Shown: positions 33,985 through 43,869, numbered from the stretch's first letter. The stretch is 64,000 nucleotides of DNA from Myxococcota bacterium (GCA_041687695.1 JAWLBL010000015.1:67627-131626); one strand, 5' to 3'. The notes: generated from the letters alone by a model not told the origin. Program-made: numbers and translations.

Positions 33985-35351
33985 GGCGATCCCTCCTCTT
34001 CATCGGGTTCCGACAGAGCCGCCGCGTCTTCGAGCCATCCCGAGGCCAGGAGGCGGCCCAGGTCGCGCGTCTGCAGGAGCCGCGCAATCTCAGGGAGGTC
34101 CGCGATGCGGCGGATGCGCGAGTGCGAGTCGTCTTCGGTCCGATAGACGAGCAATGCGTCACTGAGCACCTCGGATGAGACGTAGGTGAGCAGGGCCGGG
34201 TTGTGTGTGGTCGCGACCACCTGGAGATTGTGCTCCTCGCTGGCGCTCTGGATGAGGTCGAGCAGCAAGTGTAGCCGTGTCGGGTGAATCCCGGTGTCCA
34301 ACTCCTCGATGTAGATGAGCTCGTCCTTAGCCGTCAGCAGCGCCGACAGCAGGGCCAGAAAGCGCAGGGTTCCGTCACTGGCGCTGTAGGCCGACACGGT
34401 CTCGCCGGACGACTCGACGAGGTGCAGCAGAACCCGGCCCGAGAAGTCGTGCTCGAAGGTCAGGTCGATGGCGTCCATCGGCGTCAACACGCGAATCCAG
34501 CTGAGGACGATCTCCTTTCGGGCAGGTTCCCGGCATAGATTCATGAGCACGCTGGACAGATGCTCGCCTCGATCGCCGAGGACGGTCGTTCCGGGCGGTG
34601 ATGGTTCCCGCGCTGCGCGTGGCTCGATGTCGAAGAAGCGCATATGAGCGAGATGGTGACCCACCGTCCACGATACAGCCGTGGAATGCGGGAAGCGTCG
34701 CGAGCGACGGGTCATCAATTGCGTCAGGGCTGGTTTGCTCGACGCCAAGCGTGTTCGCCGCCTGTCCCACTCGCCGTGCCCTTCGAGGCGATGTTGAACG
34801 GCGACTTCGTGGCGTCCCCGCGTCTTGACGCTGTTGTTGTCGGGATGCGTCGACCAGATGGCTTTGGGCTCACCGGCTTTGCCGATCAAGCGGCCAGGCG
34901 GAAGGCTGTCGCCCTCGGGAAGGTCGAGTTGGGCTTCGATAACCGCTTCACGGACGACCCGAGGACCGAAGTCGTCGTCGCTGACGTCGACCTGCAATCG
35001 ATAAACGAGCGTACGGTCCACCGCAACCAGGACATCGCAAGCTACCATGAACTCGTGTTCACCATGGGTCACGACCTCATGGGCGCCCCCCCGGATGCCG
35101 GGCCACATGGGGATACCCCCGGGCCCAAACTTGCCTCCCAGGATCTCGGGCATGCTGAAGCCCAGGCCAACCCCGTGCAGCAAGCGCAGCGCATCACCCA
35201 GATTGCTCTTGCCCGAAGCGTTGGCGCCCAGGACCAGGGTCAGGGGCCCAAACTCCGCGACGGCGCCGCTCGGCGCCCCGAAGCTCTTGAAGTTCCACAG
35301 TTGTAGGCCACTCAGCACGACGTCCCCCGGCCGACCTGAATCCGAAGACAC
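33969..35351 (-). CDS. ABC-type (AAA_21-like) ATPase
   Basis: NFKSF, GANASGKS, signature SASDGT, IEELDTGIHP, TTHNP. Confidence 0.88.
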   Translation of the reverse strand: MSSDSGRPGDVVLSGLQLWNFKSFGAPSGAVAEFGPLTLVLGANASGKSNLGDALRLLHGVGLGFSMPEILGGKFGPGGIPMWPGIRGGAHEVVTHGEHEFMVACDVLVAVDRTLVYRLQVDVSDDDFGPRVVREAVIEAQLDLPEGDSLPPGRLIGKAGEPKAIWSTHPDNNSVKTRGRHEVAVQHRLEGHGEWDRRRTRLASSKPALTQLMTRRSRRFPHSTAVSWTVGHHLAHMRFFDIEPRAAREPSPPGTTVLGDRGEHLSSVLMNLCREPARKEIVLSWIRVLTPMDAIDLTFEHDFSGRVLLHLVESSGETVSAYSASDGTLRFLALLSALLTAKDELIYIEELDTGIHPTRLHLLLDLIQSASEEHNLQVVATTHNPALLTYVSSEVLSDALLVYRTEDDSHSRIRRIADLPEIARLLQTRDLGRLLASGWLEDAAALSEPDEEEGSPWPSE

Positions 35352-38300
35352 TCACCCCAGCAGGCGCACCCGAACGTTGCTGCCGGCCTTCAGCTGAGCC
35401 AGCAGCTTGTTCCTGATCTCGTCGACCAGCTGGTCGACCTCTTCCGGGCTGTTCACTTCGCGGTCCCGCAGCTTCAGGTTCACCTTGCGGACGACCACCT
35501 TGACGAAGTCGTCCAGCTTGTCGTGAGCCTCGTCGACCGCCCGGCGCAGCGTCTCGGGGAAGGTGTCGCGCAAGACGGCCAGCGAGGGAGCGATCGCGTC
35601 CGCCGAGGTGTCCGACACGGCCAGAACCAGGGGCCGCGTCACCTGATGGGCCTGGTCATTGGTCAGGGTGACGAAGCCCTCGCGCTGCTTCACCCGTTGC
35701 CGGGCGGACTCGGCCGCTTCCTCTTGCCAGCCCAGGATGCGTCGGCGTTCGGCGGCATAGGCCGCGGTCAGCGCGTCCAGATCGGGCGTCAAGCTGTCGG
35801 CGTCACGCCACGGCCGCTCGGCCGCCAAGTGGGAGTCGATGCGGTCGGCCGCGGCTTGCAATTCGGCGGGCAGCGCGCCCACCGCGCGAAGCTGCGTCAG
35901 CTGGTGGTCGCGCACCAGCCCGGCCCGGCGCAGCACGGCTATCGCCTCGTCGGTCAGGTCACCTTCGATGCGACCCAACAGGTCCAGCCCGTCGGTCAGC
36001 CTCTGCAGGTGCTTGGCGACGTGCTCGACGGTGGGGCGGGTCTGCCGGCTCTTGCCGACCGCCTCCTCCAGGACGCGGTACAGCTCGGCGAGCCTCGGCT
36101 CGGTTGGGCCGCCGGGCAGGCGCAGCATCTTGTCCTGGACCGCGCGCACCCGGCGGGCCGCTTCGGGGAAGTGTTGGGCGACCGCGTCGGCGATGGCGCC
36201 GTCCTCGCGCTCGAAGCGGCCACCGAAGGTCTTGCCGAACAGGTGGGCGATCTGCGCCCGCACCTGGAACGGCACGTCCTGCTCGCCGGCCGGGTTGAAG
36301 CTGGCCCGCCGAAAGGTGCGGTCCTTGTCGAACAGCTCTTGCACGCCAGCGTCGCGGACGTTGGTGATGACCACCCCGCCGTCCAGCTCGATCTTGACCT
36401 TGCCTCCGCGTAGCAACCCCGCCACGCAGGCCTTTACCAGGTCGGGCGAGAAGCCGTAGGGCGGCCCCCCGAACCAGGCCAGCAGGCTGGTCCCGGTGAC
36501 GCCCTTCTGGCCCTCGATGTAGCGCAGGACGCGGCTGGGGATCGGGCCGGCGCACGACGCGACCCAGCCGCCCGAGTCGCTCTCGCGCTCGAGGATGCCC
36601 AGCTCGGCCGGCAGGAACTTCACCGACGGGCCGGTCAGCCCCTTGTCGGTCAGCAGCTGCGCGATCTCGGCCGGGGTGACGGTGGTCATCACGAACTGCG
36701 GGTACAGCTCGGGCAGGATGCGGGTGGCGACCCCGGTCAGAGAGGGGCCGAAGGCGCCGCCGAAGTCGCGCGGCGACAGCGGGTGACCTCGGAAGTACAA
36801 GCGCCCGTAGAAGAAGCACTGGGCGACCGCCTTGTGCATCTGGGCGCCGAGATCCTCGGCCCGGCCCTTCTCCTCGATGAGCAGCTTCTGGCGGGCGACC
36901 GACATCGAGGCCCGCTTGGCCTCGTAGCGCTGCACCATCTGGCGCGAGCGGCCCAGCTCTTCGAGCAGCTCTTCGAGGGAGTCGGCTTCGCCCGAGACCC
37001 AGACCAGGCGTTCATTCAGCTCGGTCTCGGCGCTGCGTTTGACCCAGACGTCCTGCTCGCGCGGTCCATTGGGGAGGTAGCGGAAGTCCACCCGGACCGG
37101 GGCCTGCTCCTTGGGGCCTGGCAGCGTCTCGTCGCGATAGCGCATGCCGCCGTCCGAGAACACGCCCGCCCAGGGGAAGCCCCGCTGCTGCAAGCGGCCG
37201 CGCTCGACGCTGCCGAGCAGCTCGCCCAGCGCGAGGGCGACCATCTCGCTGCGCTGTTCGCTGCTGACCATCAGCTCGCGCCGCTCGCGCTCCCACTCCT
37301 CGCCGGCCGAGGACTGCACCTTGTAGCCGTGCTTTTCCGAGTAGCCCAGCAGGGTCTTGCGCCGCAGCGTCTCGAGCGCCTCCTCGACCCGGGCCTCGAG
37401 CCCGTCGGCGTCGAGCCGGTCGTACAGGCATTCGGCCACGAGGCGGGCGGTGGTGGGCACGGTGTCCTGGATGAGCTCGAGCAGGGCCACGACCTTGGCG
37501 ACCCGCTGGTAGAGTGGGTCCTCGCCGACCACCTGCGCCGCGATGCGGCCCAGGCTGTCCTGCACGTCCTTGTCCAGGGCGGTGCGTTGCACCTCGTAGA
37601 CGTCCTCCAGGGTGACCAGGGCGCCCACGGGTCGCTCGGCGAAGCCACGCTCTCGGAACAGCTCGCCCAACAGCTGCAAGAGGCCGCGGATGGCCTGGTC
37701 GTCGCCCTGTGCTCGGGCCGAGCGCGTGCGCAGCGCGGTCGTGATCTGAAGGAAGAGGTCCACCTGTGAGGGGAGCAGAGGGTAGGTCTCGACCAGCTCC
37801 TCGATGGTGGCGTTCTGGCAGCCGTAGGCGAACAGGGTCAGGTTCGAGCGATGGCGTTCGATGAGCTCGCGGAGGGCGGGCTCTCTGTCGCGGTGCTTTT
37901 CCAGAAGGCGTCGGTGGACCACGTCGCGGATGTTGGACGAGTCCAGGTGGACCCGCAGGCGCGGAGGGAAGCGGTCCTGGGCCCAGCTCAAGAAGCGGTC
38001 GCCCGCCTCTTGCTCGAGCTTCTGCTGACCCAAGGCCAGCAGCCAGACCCGGCCGCGAAGCCCGGTCCCCAACTCCGAGGCGAACGCGCGGAGCCGATCG
38101 ACCCGCTCCTCCTTGCCCAGGACGTACTGGGAGACCTCGTCGACCACCACGAACAGGGTGGCCTCGGGGGCGCGGTGCTCGAGCATGGAGCGCAGGGCGT
38201 CGACCGCCTCGCGAGGGGAGAGGTCCCGGTTGTGGGTGCCGCCGCGGGTAGCGAGCCAGGCGAACGGGTCGGGATAGAGCTTGGGGAACAGCTTGGACAG

Positions 38301-38996
38301 CACCATCGAGAACTGGTCTTCCGCGAACTCCTCGAGGGCTACCTCGGCCCAGGGCCGGCCCAGCTCGTGTTGGGCGGTCTGGAGGAACTGGGGCCAGTGA
38401 CCGTCCCGTTCGAGACGCAGCTCGAAGTCGGCCACCAGGGCGCTGGTCGGGCAGTAACCCAGGCGCATCTGCACCTGACGAACGATGGCGGCGTGGATGT
38501 GCTCGCCGTCACGGGCGCTGCCGCCTACGTCGAAGACCACCGCCTTGGGTTCGATCTTCTGGCGCAAACGCTTCCAGGCTTCGTGGAGCTGGTGGCTGAG
38601 CGGGGAGCGGTCGCGCTCGAGCCAGGCCTCGGCCAATGAGCGGCCGTCCGGGAGCGCGACCCCGTCCAGCGCCAGGCCCAGCAGCTTGGCGAAGCTGGAC
38701 TTGCCCGAGCCGTAAAAGCCCGAGATCCAGACGGTCGGTAGCTCGGGGCCTCCGGGGCGTTCCAACTCAGCGGCCATCGCTTGGAGTAGGCCCACATAGT
38801 GTTCATGGAGGCCGCGAGGCACGCGTCGGTAGGCCGGGGTACCGGGCTTGTGACCGCCGGTGATGATGTATTCGCGGACCTCGCCGTCGAGCTGGGCGGG
38901 TGTCTGCTCGTGGAAGTAGACGACCGGAGGGATGTCCCGGCTGACGTCCGAGGCGAAGAGGTCGCGGACCTTCATCGAGCCGATGGGGAGGGGCAT
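35352..38996 (-). CDS. brxC: BREX P-loop ATPase BrxC
   Basis: RDIPPVVYFHEQ, EVREYIIT, WISGFYGSGKSSF, VVDEVSQY, DRF, RLLEK, YP. Confidence 0.92.
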   Translation of the reverse strand: MPLPIGSMKVRDLFASDVSRDIPPVVYFHEQTPAQLDGEVREYIITGGHKPGTPAYRRVPRGLHEHYVGLLQAMAAELERPGGPELPTVWISGFYGSGKSSFAKLLGLALDGVALPDGRSLAEAWLERDRSPLSHQLHEAWKRLRQKIEPKAVVFDVGGSARDGEHIHAAIVRQVQMRLGYCPTSALVADFELRLERDGHWPQFLQTAQHELGRPWAEVALEEFAEDQFSMVLSKLFPKLYPDPFAWLATRGGTHNRDLSPREAVDALRSMLEHRAPEATLFVVVDEVSQYVLGKEERVDRLRAFASELGTGLRGRVWLLALGQQKLEQEAGDRFLSWAQDRFPPRLRVHLDSSNIRDVVHRRLLEKHRDREPALRELIERHRSNLTLFAYGCQNATIEELVETYPLLPSQVDLFLQITTALRTRSARAQGDDQAIRGLLQLLGELFRERGFAERPVGALVTLEDVYEVQRTALDKDVQDSLGRIAAQVVGEDPLYQRVAKVVALLELIQDTVPTTARLVAECLYDRLDADGLEARVEEALETLRRKTLLGYSEKHGYKVQSSAGEEWERERRELMVSSEQRSEMVALALGELLGSVERGRLQQRGFPWAGVFSDGGMRYRDETLPGPKEQAPVRVDFRYLPNGPREQDVWVKRSAETELNERLVWVSGEADSLEELLEELGRSRQMVQRYEAKRASMSVARQKLLIEEKGRAEDLGAQMHKAVAQCFFYGRLYFRGHPLSPRDFGGAFGPSLTGVATRILPELYPQFVMTTVTPAEIAQLLTDKGLTGPSVKFLPAELGILERESDSGGWVASCAGPIPSRVLRYIEGQKGVTGTSLLAWFGGPPYGFSPDLVKACVAGLLRGGKVKIELDGGVVITNVRDAGVQELFDKDRTFRRASFNPAGEQDVPFQVRAQIAHLFGKTFGGRFEREDGAIADAVAQHFPEAARRVRAVQDKMLRLPGGPTEPRLAELYRVLEEAVGKSRQTRPTVEHVAKHLQRLTDGLDLLGRIEGDLTDEAIAVLRRAGLVRDHQLTQLRAVGALPAELQAAADRIDSHLAAERPWRDADSLTPDLDALTAAYAAERRRILGWQEEAAESARQRVKQREGFVTLTNDQAHQVTRPLVLAVSDTSADAIAPSLAVLRDTFPETLRRAVDEAHDKLDDFVKVVVRKVNLKLRDREVNSPEEVDQLVDEIRNKLLAQLKAGSNVRVRLLG

Positions 38997-39012
38997 GGCG
39001 GGGCTCCCAGAA

Positions 39013-39684
39013 TCAATAGATGCGCGGCCGGTAGTCGTGGTCGGCTGGCAGGACGCCCATGAAGCGCAGGCCTGTCTGGCCTTCGCGGGTGCCCGGGTAG
39101 AGGAGCACCACCGGGACGTTGCCGGTCTTGCCATCGAGCTGCCGCAGCAAGGCGGACGACCGGAAGAAGGGGTAGACCGCGCCGGCGCGCCCGATGAGTG
39201 CGAGCGTGGTGTCTCGTCGATCGGGGTGCCGGGCGAGCTGCGCCTGAATGAGGTCGGCGCAGTCCTTGGCCAAGCCGCCCATGGGTTGGGACCGGTTGGG
39301 GGCGCTGGGACCCTCGATGACCGGGTCGAGCTTGCTCTTCAGGTGCTCGAGTCCGCGCCCCGGGTCATAGCGGCTGGTCATGCGCTCCCCCTCGATGACC
39401 TTCCGGGCAAAGTCCGGGCCCCTGGCGCGAATGCGGTCGAGCAACAGGCGGCCCAGGTCGATGGTGATGACCGACCAGCCGTGGGCGATGAGCTGCTGAG
39501 TCAGCCGCTGGGCCTCTCCCCGGACCTCTAGCTCGTCCGCCGGGCGGTATTGCAGGATGGCGAAGCGGTAGTTCCGCATCGTGCTGATGCTGGGGCCGTT
39601 GGGACCGAGCAGGTCGTTGGCCAGCCCGTGGAAGCTTTGACGTACTGGGGTCTCGGCGAGACCCGGCAGGGGCAGCGTCGTCAC
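39013..39684 (-). CDS. brxB: BREX protein BrxB
   Basis: RNYRFAILQY, AVYPFFRSSALL, PVVLLYPG, LRFMG, YRPRIY. GTGA overlap with brxA. Confidence 0.85.
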   Translation of the reverse strand: MTTLPLPGLAETPVRQSFHGLANDLLGPNGPSISTMRNYRFAILQYRPADELEVRGEAQRLTQQLIAHGWSVITIDLGRLLLDRIRARGPDFARKVIEGERMTSRYDPGRGLEHLKSKLDPVIEGPSAPNRSQPMGGLAKDCADLIQAQLARHPDRRDTTLALIGRAGAVYPFFRSSALLRQLDGKTGNVPVVLLYPGTREGQTGLRFMGVLPADHDYRPRIY

Positions 39685-40490
39685 GGATGGGCTCCCTGCT
39701 CGGAACGCGACAGGGTCTCCGTGGCCCACGAGGACAGGTCGGGATGGCGCAGGTTCAGCTCGACCAGCTCGCCCTGTCGACGGAAGGTCAGGGCGCCCTG
39801 TTGGGCCTGGACGCGAAGGGCGGCTTCCAGATCCGGCCCCGCCAGGCCGACCGAGGCCAGGTAGGGGTTGTCGACCAGGGTCCCGGCGATGCGGGTCTGG
39901 TGCAGCAGGTAAAGCACGTACAGCAGCGCCTCGTCCGGTACGCGCGGCCGCGTGAGCGGGCGCGGATCCCGGGTAGTGGCGACCAGGCCCGTGGCGTAGG
40001 CGGCCGACAGGAGCTTACTGGCGAACTGATTGCGGGTGGCGGCGGTCCAGCGGGCGGCACCTTGCTCGCGAACCCAGGCGGCGGCGATGTCGCGGGTGAT
40101 GGGGCGACCTTCGGTCAGGCGGCTGGGCAGGTAGTCGCCGGTGAACGCGCGGTAGAGCGGATCCGAGAGCTGCAGGTGCCAGTGACAGATGAGGCGCCGG
40201 GTGGCCGGCTGCATGAGGTGGGCCGGCCAGCGGGCCAGGACGGCCAGCGCGGCGGGGAACGCGTCGAAGCGGGCGCGCAGGTTCTGCAGCAGGATCTCGA
40301 CGCGCGGCAGGCTGCGAGGGCCGAAGACGAAGTTCTCGAAGACCTCGGTGGCGCTTGGGGAGCGGCCGTGTTGGCCGACGAAGGTCCAATAGGCGCGGGC
40401 GTGCTCGAGTTCGAGGGCTGCCTTCAACAGGCGCGTGTGAAGCGCGGTCTCTTCCGCCGGCACCGCGGCGGTGGGCTGAGCGAGGGTCAT
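39681..40490 (-). CDS. brxA: BREX protein BrxA
   Basis: HTRLLK, ICHWHLQLSDPLYRAF, SKLLSA, YVLYLL, NPYLAS. Lies between brxE and brxB. Confidence 0.8.
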   Translation of the reverse strand: MTLAQPTAAVPAEETALHTRLLKAALELEHARAYWTFVGQHGRSPSATEVFENFVFGPRSLPRVEILLQNLRARFDAFPAALAVLARWPAHLMQPATRRLICHWHLQLSDPLYRAFTGDYLPSRLTEGRPITRDIAAAWVREQGAARWTAATRNQFASKLLSAAYATGLVATTRDPRPLTRPRVPDEALLYVLYLLHQTRIAGTLVDNPYLASVGLAGPDLEAALRVQAQQGALTFRRQGELVELNLRHPDLSSWATETLSRSEQGAHP

Positions 40491-41092
40491 CGGGCGATCC
40501 GATAGAAGGGCAGCGGATAGTCAGCCGCGAGCGGAACGAGGGCGGCGGCGAGGCGCGCGGCAGCGACGTCCAGAGCCGGCGGGATGGAACCTGTGAGTCG
40601 CCGGCCGACCGGCTCGGTGGTGGTGTCGGGGCGGCCCTGCTCGCGGGCCCAGGACATGAAGGCATCCGCGTCCCATGCGGCGTCCCATGAGTCGCCGGTG
40701 CCGAGGACGCGGGCCAGGCCGGGGAGAGCAACGTGGGGGGCGCGGCCGGAGGCCTTCAGTAAGCGCAGGCGTTCAGTCAGGCGTTCGTCGACCGCTGGGC
40801 CGAGGTGGTAGAGGGAGACCAGCTCGTCGGGGCTGGAGGCGCGGGCGCGAGCAGCGGCGTCGATGCGGCGTGCGGCCTCTCGTGCGGCCTGCAGGGCGGC
40901 CCATGGGGCGGTACGCGGGGCCAGGTCCGACAGCAGGGCAAGTCCGCCATAGTCGGACGTCAGCAGGGTGCGCCACCAGCCGAGGCGGGGAGGCGCCTCG
41001 CCGGCCCAGGCGACGATGAGCTGGACGGTCAGGATGAAGTCCAGGGCTTGGTCGTCCGGGAGAGTCGAGGCTTGGGAAGTCGTCGAAACCAT
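40487..41092 (-). CDS. brxE: BREX type 6 protein BrxE
   Basis: ILTVQLIVAWAGE..RLGWWRT, YPLPFY. First gene of the operon. The frame stays open upstream to GTG 41242. Confidence 0.8.
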   Translation of the reverse strand: MVSTTSQASTLPDDQALDFILTVQLIVAWAGEAPPRLGWWRTLLTSDYGGLALLSDLAPRTAPWAALQAAREAARRIDAAARARASSPDELVSLYHLGPAVDERLTERLRLLKASGRAPHVALPGLARVLGTGDSWDAAWDADAFMSWAREQGRPDTTTEPVGRRLTGSIPPALDVAAARLAAALVPLAADYPLPFYRIAR

Positions 41093-41251
41093 GAGCCGCC
41101 CTTGCGCCGTGGTGGCGAGTTCAGGGGCGACGGTACGCGGGACGGCGACGGGACGCAACGCGGTCCAGCAGGTTGCTCGCCGGGCGATGGCGGGTATGGG
41201 GACAGGGTAGGCCACGCAGGGGGGGGGGCGAGGCGGGGCCACGGGGAGTTA

Positions 41252-41280
41252 AGTGTAGCCGGGTAGGCCAGGCGTGTCCG
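41252..41280 (-). promoter_or_regulatory. Predicted sigma70 promoter of the BREX operon
   Basis: Minus strand CGGACA (41280-41275), 17 bp spacer, TACACT (41257-41252), in a local AT-rich patch. Confidence 0.5.
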
Positions 41281-41559
41281 TTGGGGGTGGAGGAGGGGGC
41301 TGGGGAGGGCAGGCGTGTCGGTTGGGGGTGGAGGAGGGGGGCGAGAGACGACACGCGTGTCGTCGTCGGGTGGAGAAGGGGGCCGGGGAGGGACACGCGT
41401 GTCGTTGTCGGGTGGAGAAGGGGGCCGAGGAAGGACACGCGTGTCGGTTGGGGGTGGAGAAGGGGGCTGAAAGACGACACGCGTGTCGTTCCTTGGCGGA
41501 GAAGGGGGCCGAGGAACGACACGCGTGTCGTTGCAGGGTGGAAAAGGGGGTACGCCTGT
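41267..41559. repeat. Tandem array of 7 units, 42-bp period, with GACACGCGTGTC palindrome and GGGTGGAGAAGGGGG box
   Basis: Cores at 41269, 41310, 41352, 41394, 41436, 41478 and 41520. The first two are degenerate. Confidence 0.92.
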
Positions 41560-41565
41560 TCAGGG

Positions 41566-42324
41566 TCAGGCGGTCGGCTCGGGGACCGGGGCGGGCTGCT
41601 GCTTGGCGGCCGCGGCCTCGCGGGCGACCTGGGCGCGCAGGTCGTCGATGGGCCGGAGCGCCTCGCGGACGGTCGCGACCGCCTCGGGGTCATGCTCGTC
41701 CAGGCCGCCGATGAGCTTGCTGGTGTAGTAGAGGATCGCCTCGCGGAGCAGACGCATCGGCTCGGCCACCAGGACGGTCTCCTCGTCCACGGGCTCGCGC
41801 TTGCGGGAGATGCCCAGCACCTCGCCGTAGACCGCCTGGGTGGCGCGGACCTCGGTCAGGAAGTCGGCCCCGGCCAGCTCGATGAGCTCGGCTTCGAGCG
41901 CCTGCGCGTCGATGGCCTCGAGCCGGAGCTGCCCCTGGTTGTACTGCTTGTCATAGGGCAAGTTCAGAAAGCCCGTGCCGTCGGGCAGCAGGCGCTCGAG
42001 CAGCCGGGCCGCGCGCGCCGCCTTGGGATAGCGGTCGTGCGGCAGGCGGGCATAAGCGGTCAGCCGGTCGCGGAGGGCGATCCAGGACGTGTCGACCGCG
42101 ATGTCGGCCGGACGCTTGGCCGAACGCTGGGCCTCCTTGCTGGGGGGGCGCCGCACGGCGTCCAGCTCGACCTTGTGCTGGCCGATCTGCGCCAGCGCGC
42201 GGGCGATGAGCGGACCATGGTCGGGCGGGGCCGCGGCGAGCAGCGACTCGGCGAGGGAGCTGAGACGCGAGGCGTCGGCGGCGGGCAGGCTGGCGTAGGT
42301 CTTCTGATCGATGACGACGTACAT
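41566..42324 (-). CDS. Uncharacterised helical protein (252 aa)
   Basis: AAGGAGG RBS before ATG 42324, host-like codons, stop about 6 bp from the repeat array. Confidence 0.8.
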   Translation of the reverse strand: MYVVIDQKTYASLPAADASRLSSLAESLLAAAPPDHGPLIARALAQIGQHKVELDAVRRPPSKEAQRSAKRPADIAVDTSWIALRDRLTAYARLPHDRYPKAARAARLLERLLPDGTGFLNLPYDKQYNQGQLRLEAIDAQALEAELIELAGADFLTEVRATQAVYGEVLGISRKREPVDEETVLVAEPMRLLREAILYYTSKLIGGLDEHDPEAVATVREALRPIDDLRAQVAREAAAAKQQPAPVPEPTA

Positions 42325-42706
42325 GGGAGCCTCCTTGGGCGTGTGGTGGGCGTGCATGACGCGTTCGCTGGCCATGACAGCACGTCAGCGACGAAGCCTG
42401 CAACACGACCCGGGCCAAGCGAAGAGACCGGGCGGAGGCGAGCGTAGAGATTTCGGTCGGTTGGGGTCGGTTCGGGCAGATTCCTGCGGTGCGTTCGCTG
42501 GCCCTGGTTCGTGGCAATGGCGTCGTATGCGGGGATCACGGCGGGCAAGAGCGCCGGGGTGGCCGGCGCGGGGCCGGGCGGCGGCATGGGCGGCGCGGTC
42601 CTCGATGGCCCGCGGGGCAAGGTGCCGGTGTCGGCGACGTGGTCCGGAGCGTCGGCGTGGCGTCCCTGGGCGGACGGGGTAGGATGGGCGCGCGGGGAGG
42701 TGGGCG

Positions 42707-43237
42707 ATGGAGGTGTTCGGGCGGGTGGCGGGGGCCGGGGTGGCGGTTCGGGAGGCGAGGGACCAGTACCTGGGCGACAACGGGTTCGACGTGGCCGGGT
42801 ATACGGCGCCGACCTTCGAGCTCGAGGTGTTCGGCAGGCCGGTGAGGTTTCGCAACACGCGGGGGCGGCAGCGGGTGGTGCCGCTGCACGACCTGCACCA
42901 CGTAGCGACCGGGTATGGGACGGACTACGTGGGCGAGGCCGAGATCGGGGCGTGGGAGCTGAGGGGAGGGTGCCCGACGCTCATCCTGTGGGCGCTCAAC
43001 GGGGCGGCGGTGCTCATCGGGCTGTTCCTGGCGCCGCGGCGGGTCGTGAGGGCGTGGCGGCGGGCCAAGGGGCAGCGGACGCTGTATCGATCGGGGCTGG
43101 GCTACGACGAGGCGCTGGCCATGACGGTGGGCGCGCTGAGGGCGCACCTGGGGCTGGCGGCCGAGGGGCTGGTCCGTGGGCCGGTGCGGCTGCACGGCAA
43201 GGCGCCGGGGCCGCCGGAGGGCCGGGCGGCGGCGTAG
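42707..43237 (+). CDS. Coq4-like metal-binding protein
   Basis: LHDLHHVATGYGTDYVGEAE motif. Confidence 0.65.
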   Translation: MEVFGRVAGAGVAVREARDQYLGDNGFDVAGYTAPTFELEVFGRPVRFRNTRGRQRVVPLHDLHHVATGYGTDYVGEAEIGAWELRGGCPTLILWALNGAAVLIGLFLAPRRVVRAWRRAKGQRTLYRSGLGYDEALAMTVGALRAHLGLAAEGLVRGPVRLHGKAPGPPEGRAAA

Positions 43238-43384
43238 TCTGGCCGGATCGGGTCAGCCCCGGGAGGGCCTTCAGCCGGGTCGGGGCTCGGTGTTCGGCGC
43301 GAGCGCCTCTTCGAGCGCAGCATCGCCACCCGCTGCATCCCAATCGCGGACCGCTGCGACCTGCTGTGTGAGGGGGGCCGGCGA

Positions 43385-43848
43385 GGCCGGCGCGGGGCGC
43401 AGCGACGTTGGTCGCGCCGGGGGTGTCGTTCCGCCGCCGCAGGCGGCTGTGGACCGCGCAGGCCTTGCCTGCGCTGTGCGATGGTCGCAGCTGCTGTGAA
43501 TCCGTGCCGTCCATAGCGCCGGCGTGGCCGGCGCGGGGCGCAGCGACGTTGGTCGCGCCGGGGGTGTCGTTCCGCCGCCGCAGGCGGCTGTGGACCGCGC
43601 AGGCCATGCCTGCGCTGTGCGATGGTCGCAGCTGCTGTGAATCCGCGCGGTCCATAGCGCCGGCGTGGCCGGCGCGGGGCGCAGCGACGTTGGTCGCGCC
43701 GGGGGTGTCGTTCCGCCGCCGCAGGCGGCTGTGGACCGCGCAGGCCTTGCCTGCGCTGTGCGATGGTCGCAGCTGCTGTGAATCCGCGCGGTCCATAGCG
43801 CCGGCGTGGCCGGCGCGGTCCATAGCGCCGGCGTGGCCGGCGCGGTCC
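43385..43848. repeat. Three near-identical 141-bp tandem repeats plus 27-bp terminal duplications (REP-like)
   Basis: GCGACGTTGG at 43402, 43543 and 43684. GCGCGGTCC at 43786, 43813 and 43840. Lies between convergent genes. Confidence 0.9.
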
Positions 43849-43869
43849 GGAAGCCTCGAGGCGGCGTAG

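Noticed and set aside
41267..41559. CRISPR array
   Set aside because: The period is only 42 bp, the variable parts are 5 and 9 nt and related to each other, and there are no cas genes in the window.
41121..41714. ORFs with 14-aa repeats across the array on both strands
   Set aside because: A 42-bp GC-rich period keeps frames open by chance. There is no RBS or codon signal, and they overlap real genes.
43014..43869. ORFs with 47-aa repeats
   Set aside because: Translation of the 141-bp intergenic repeat.
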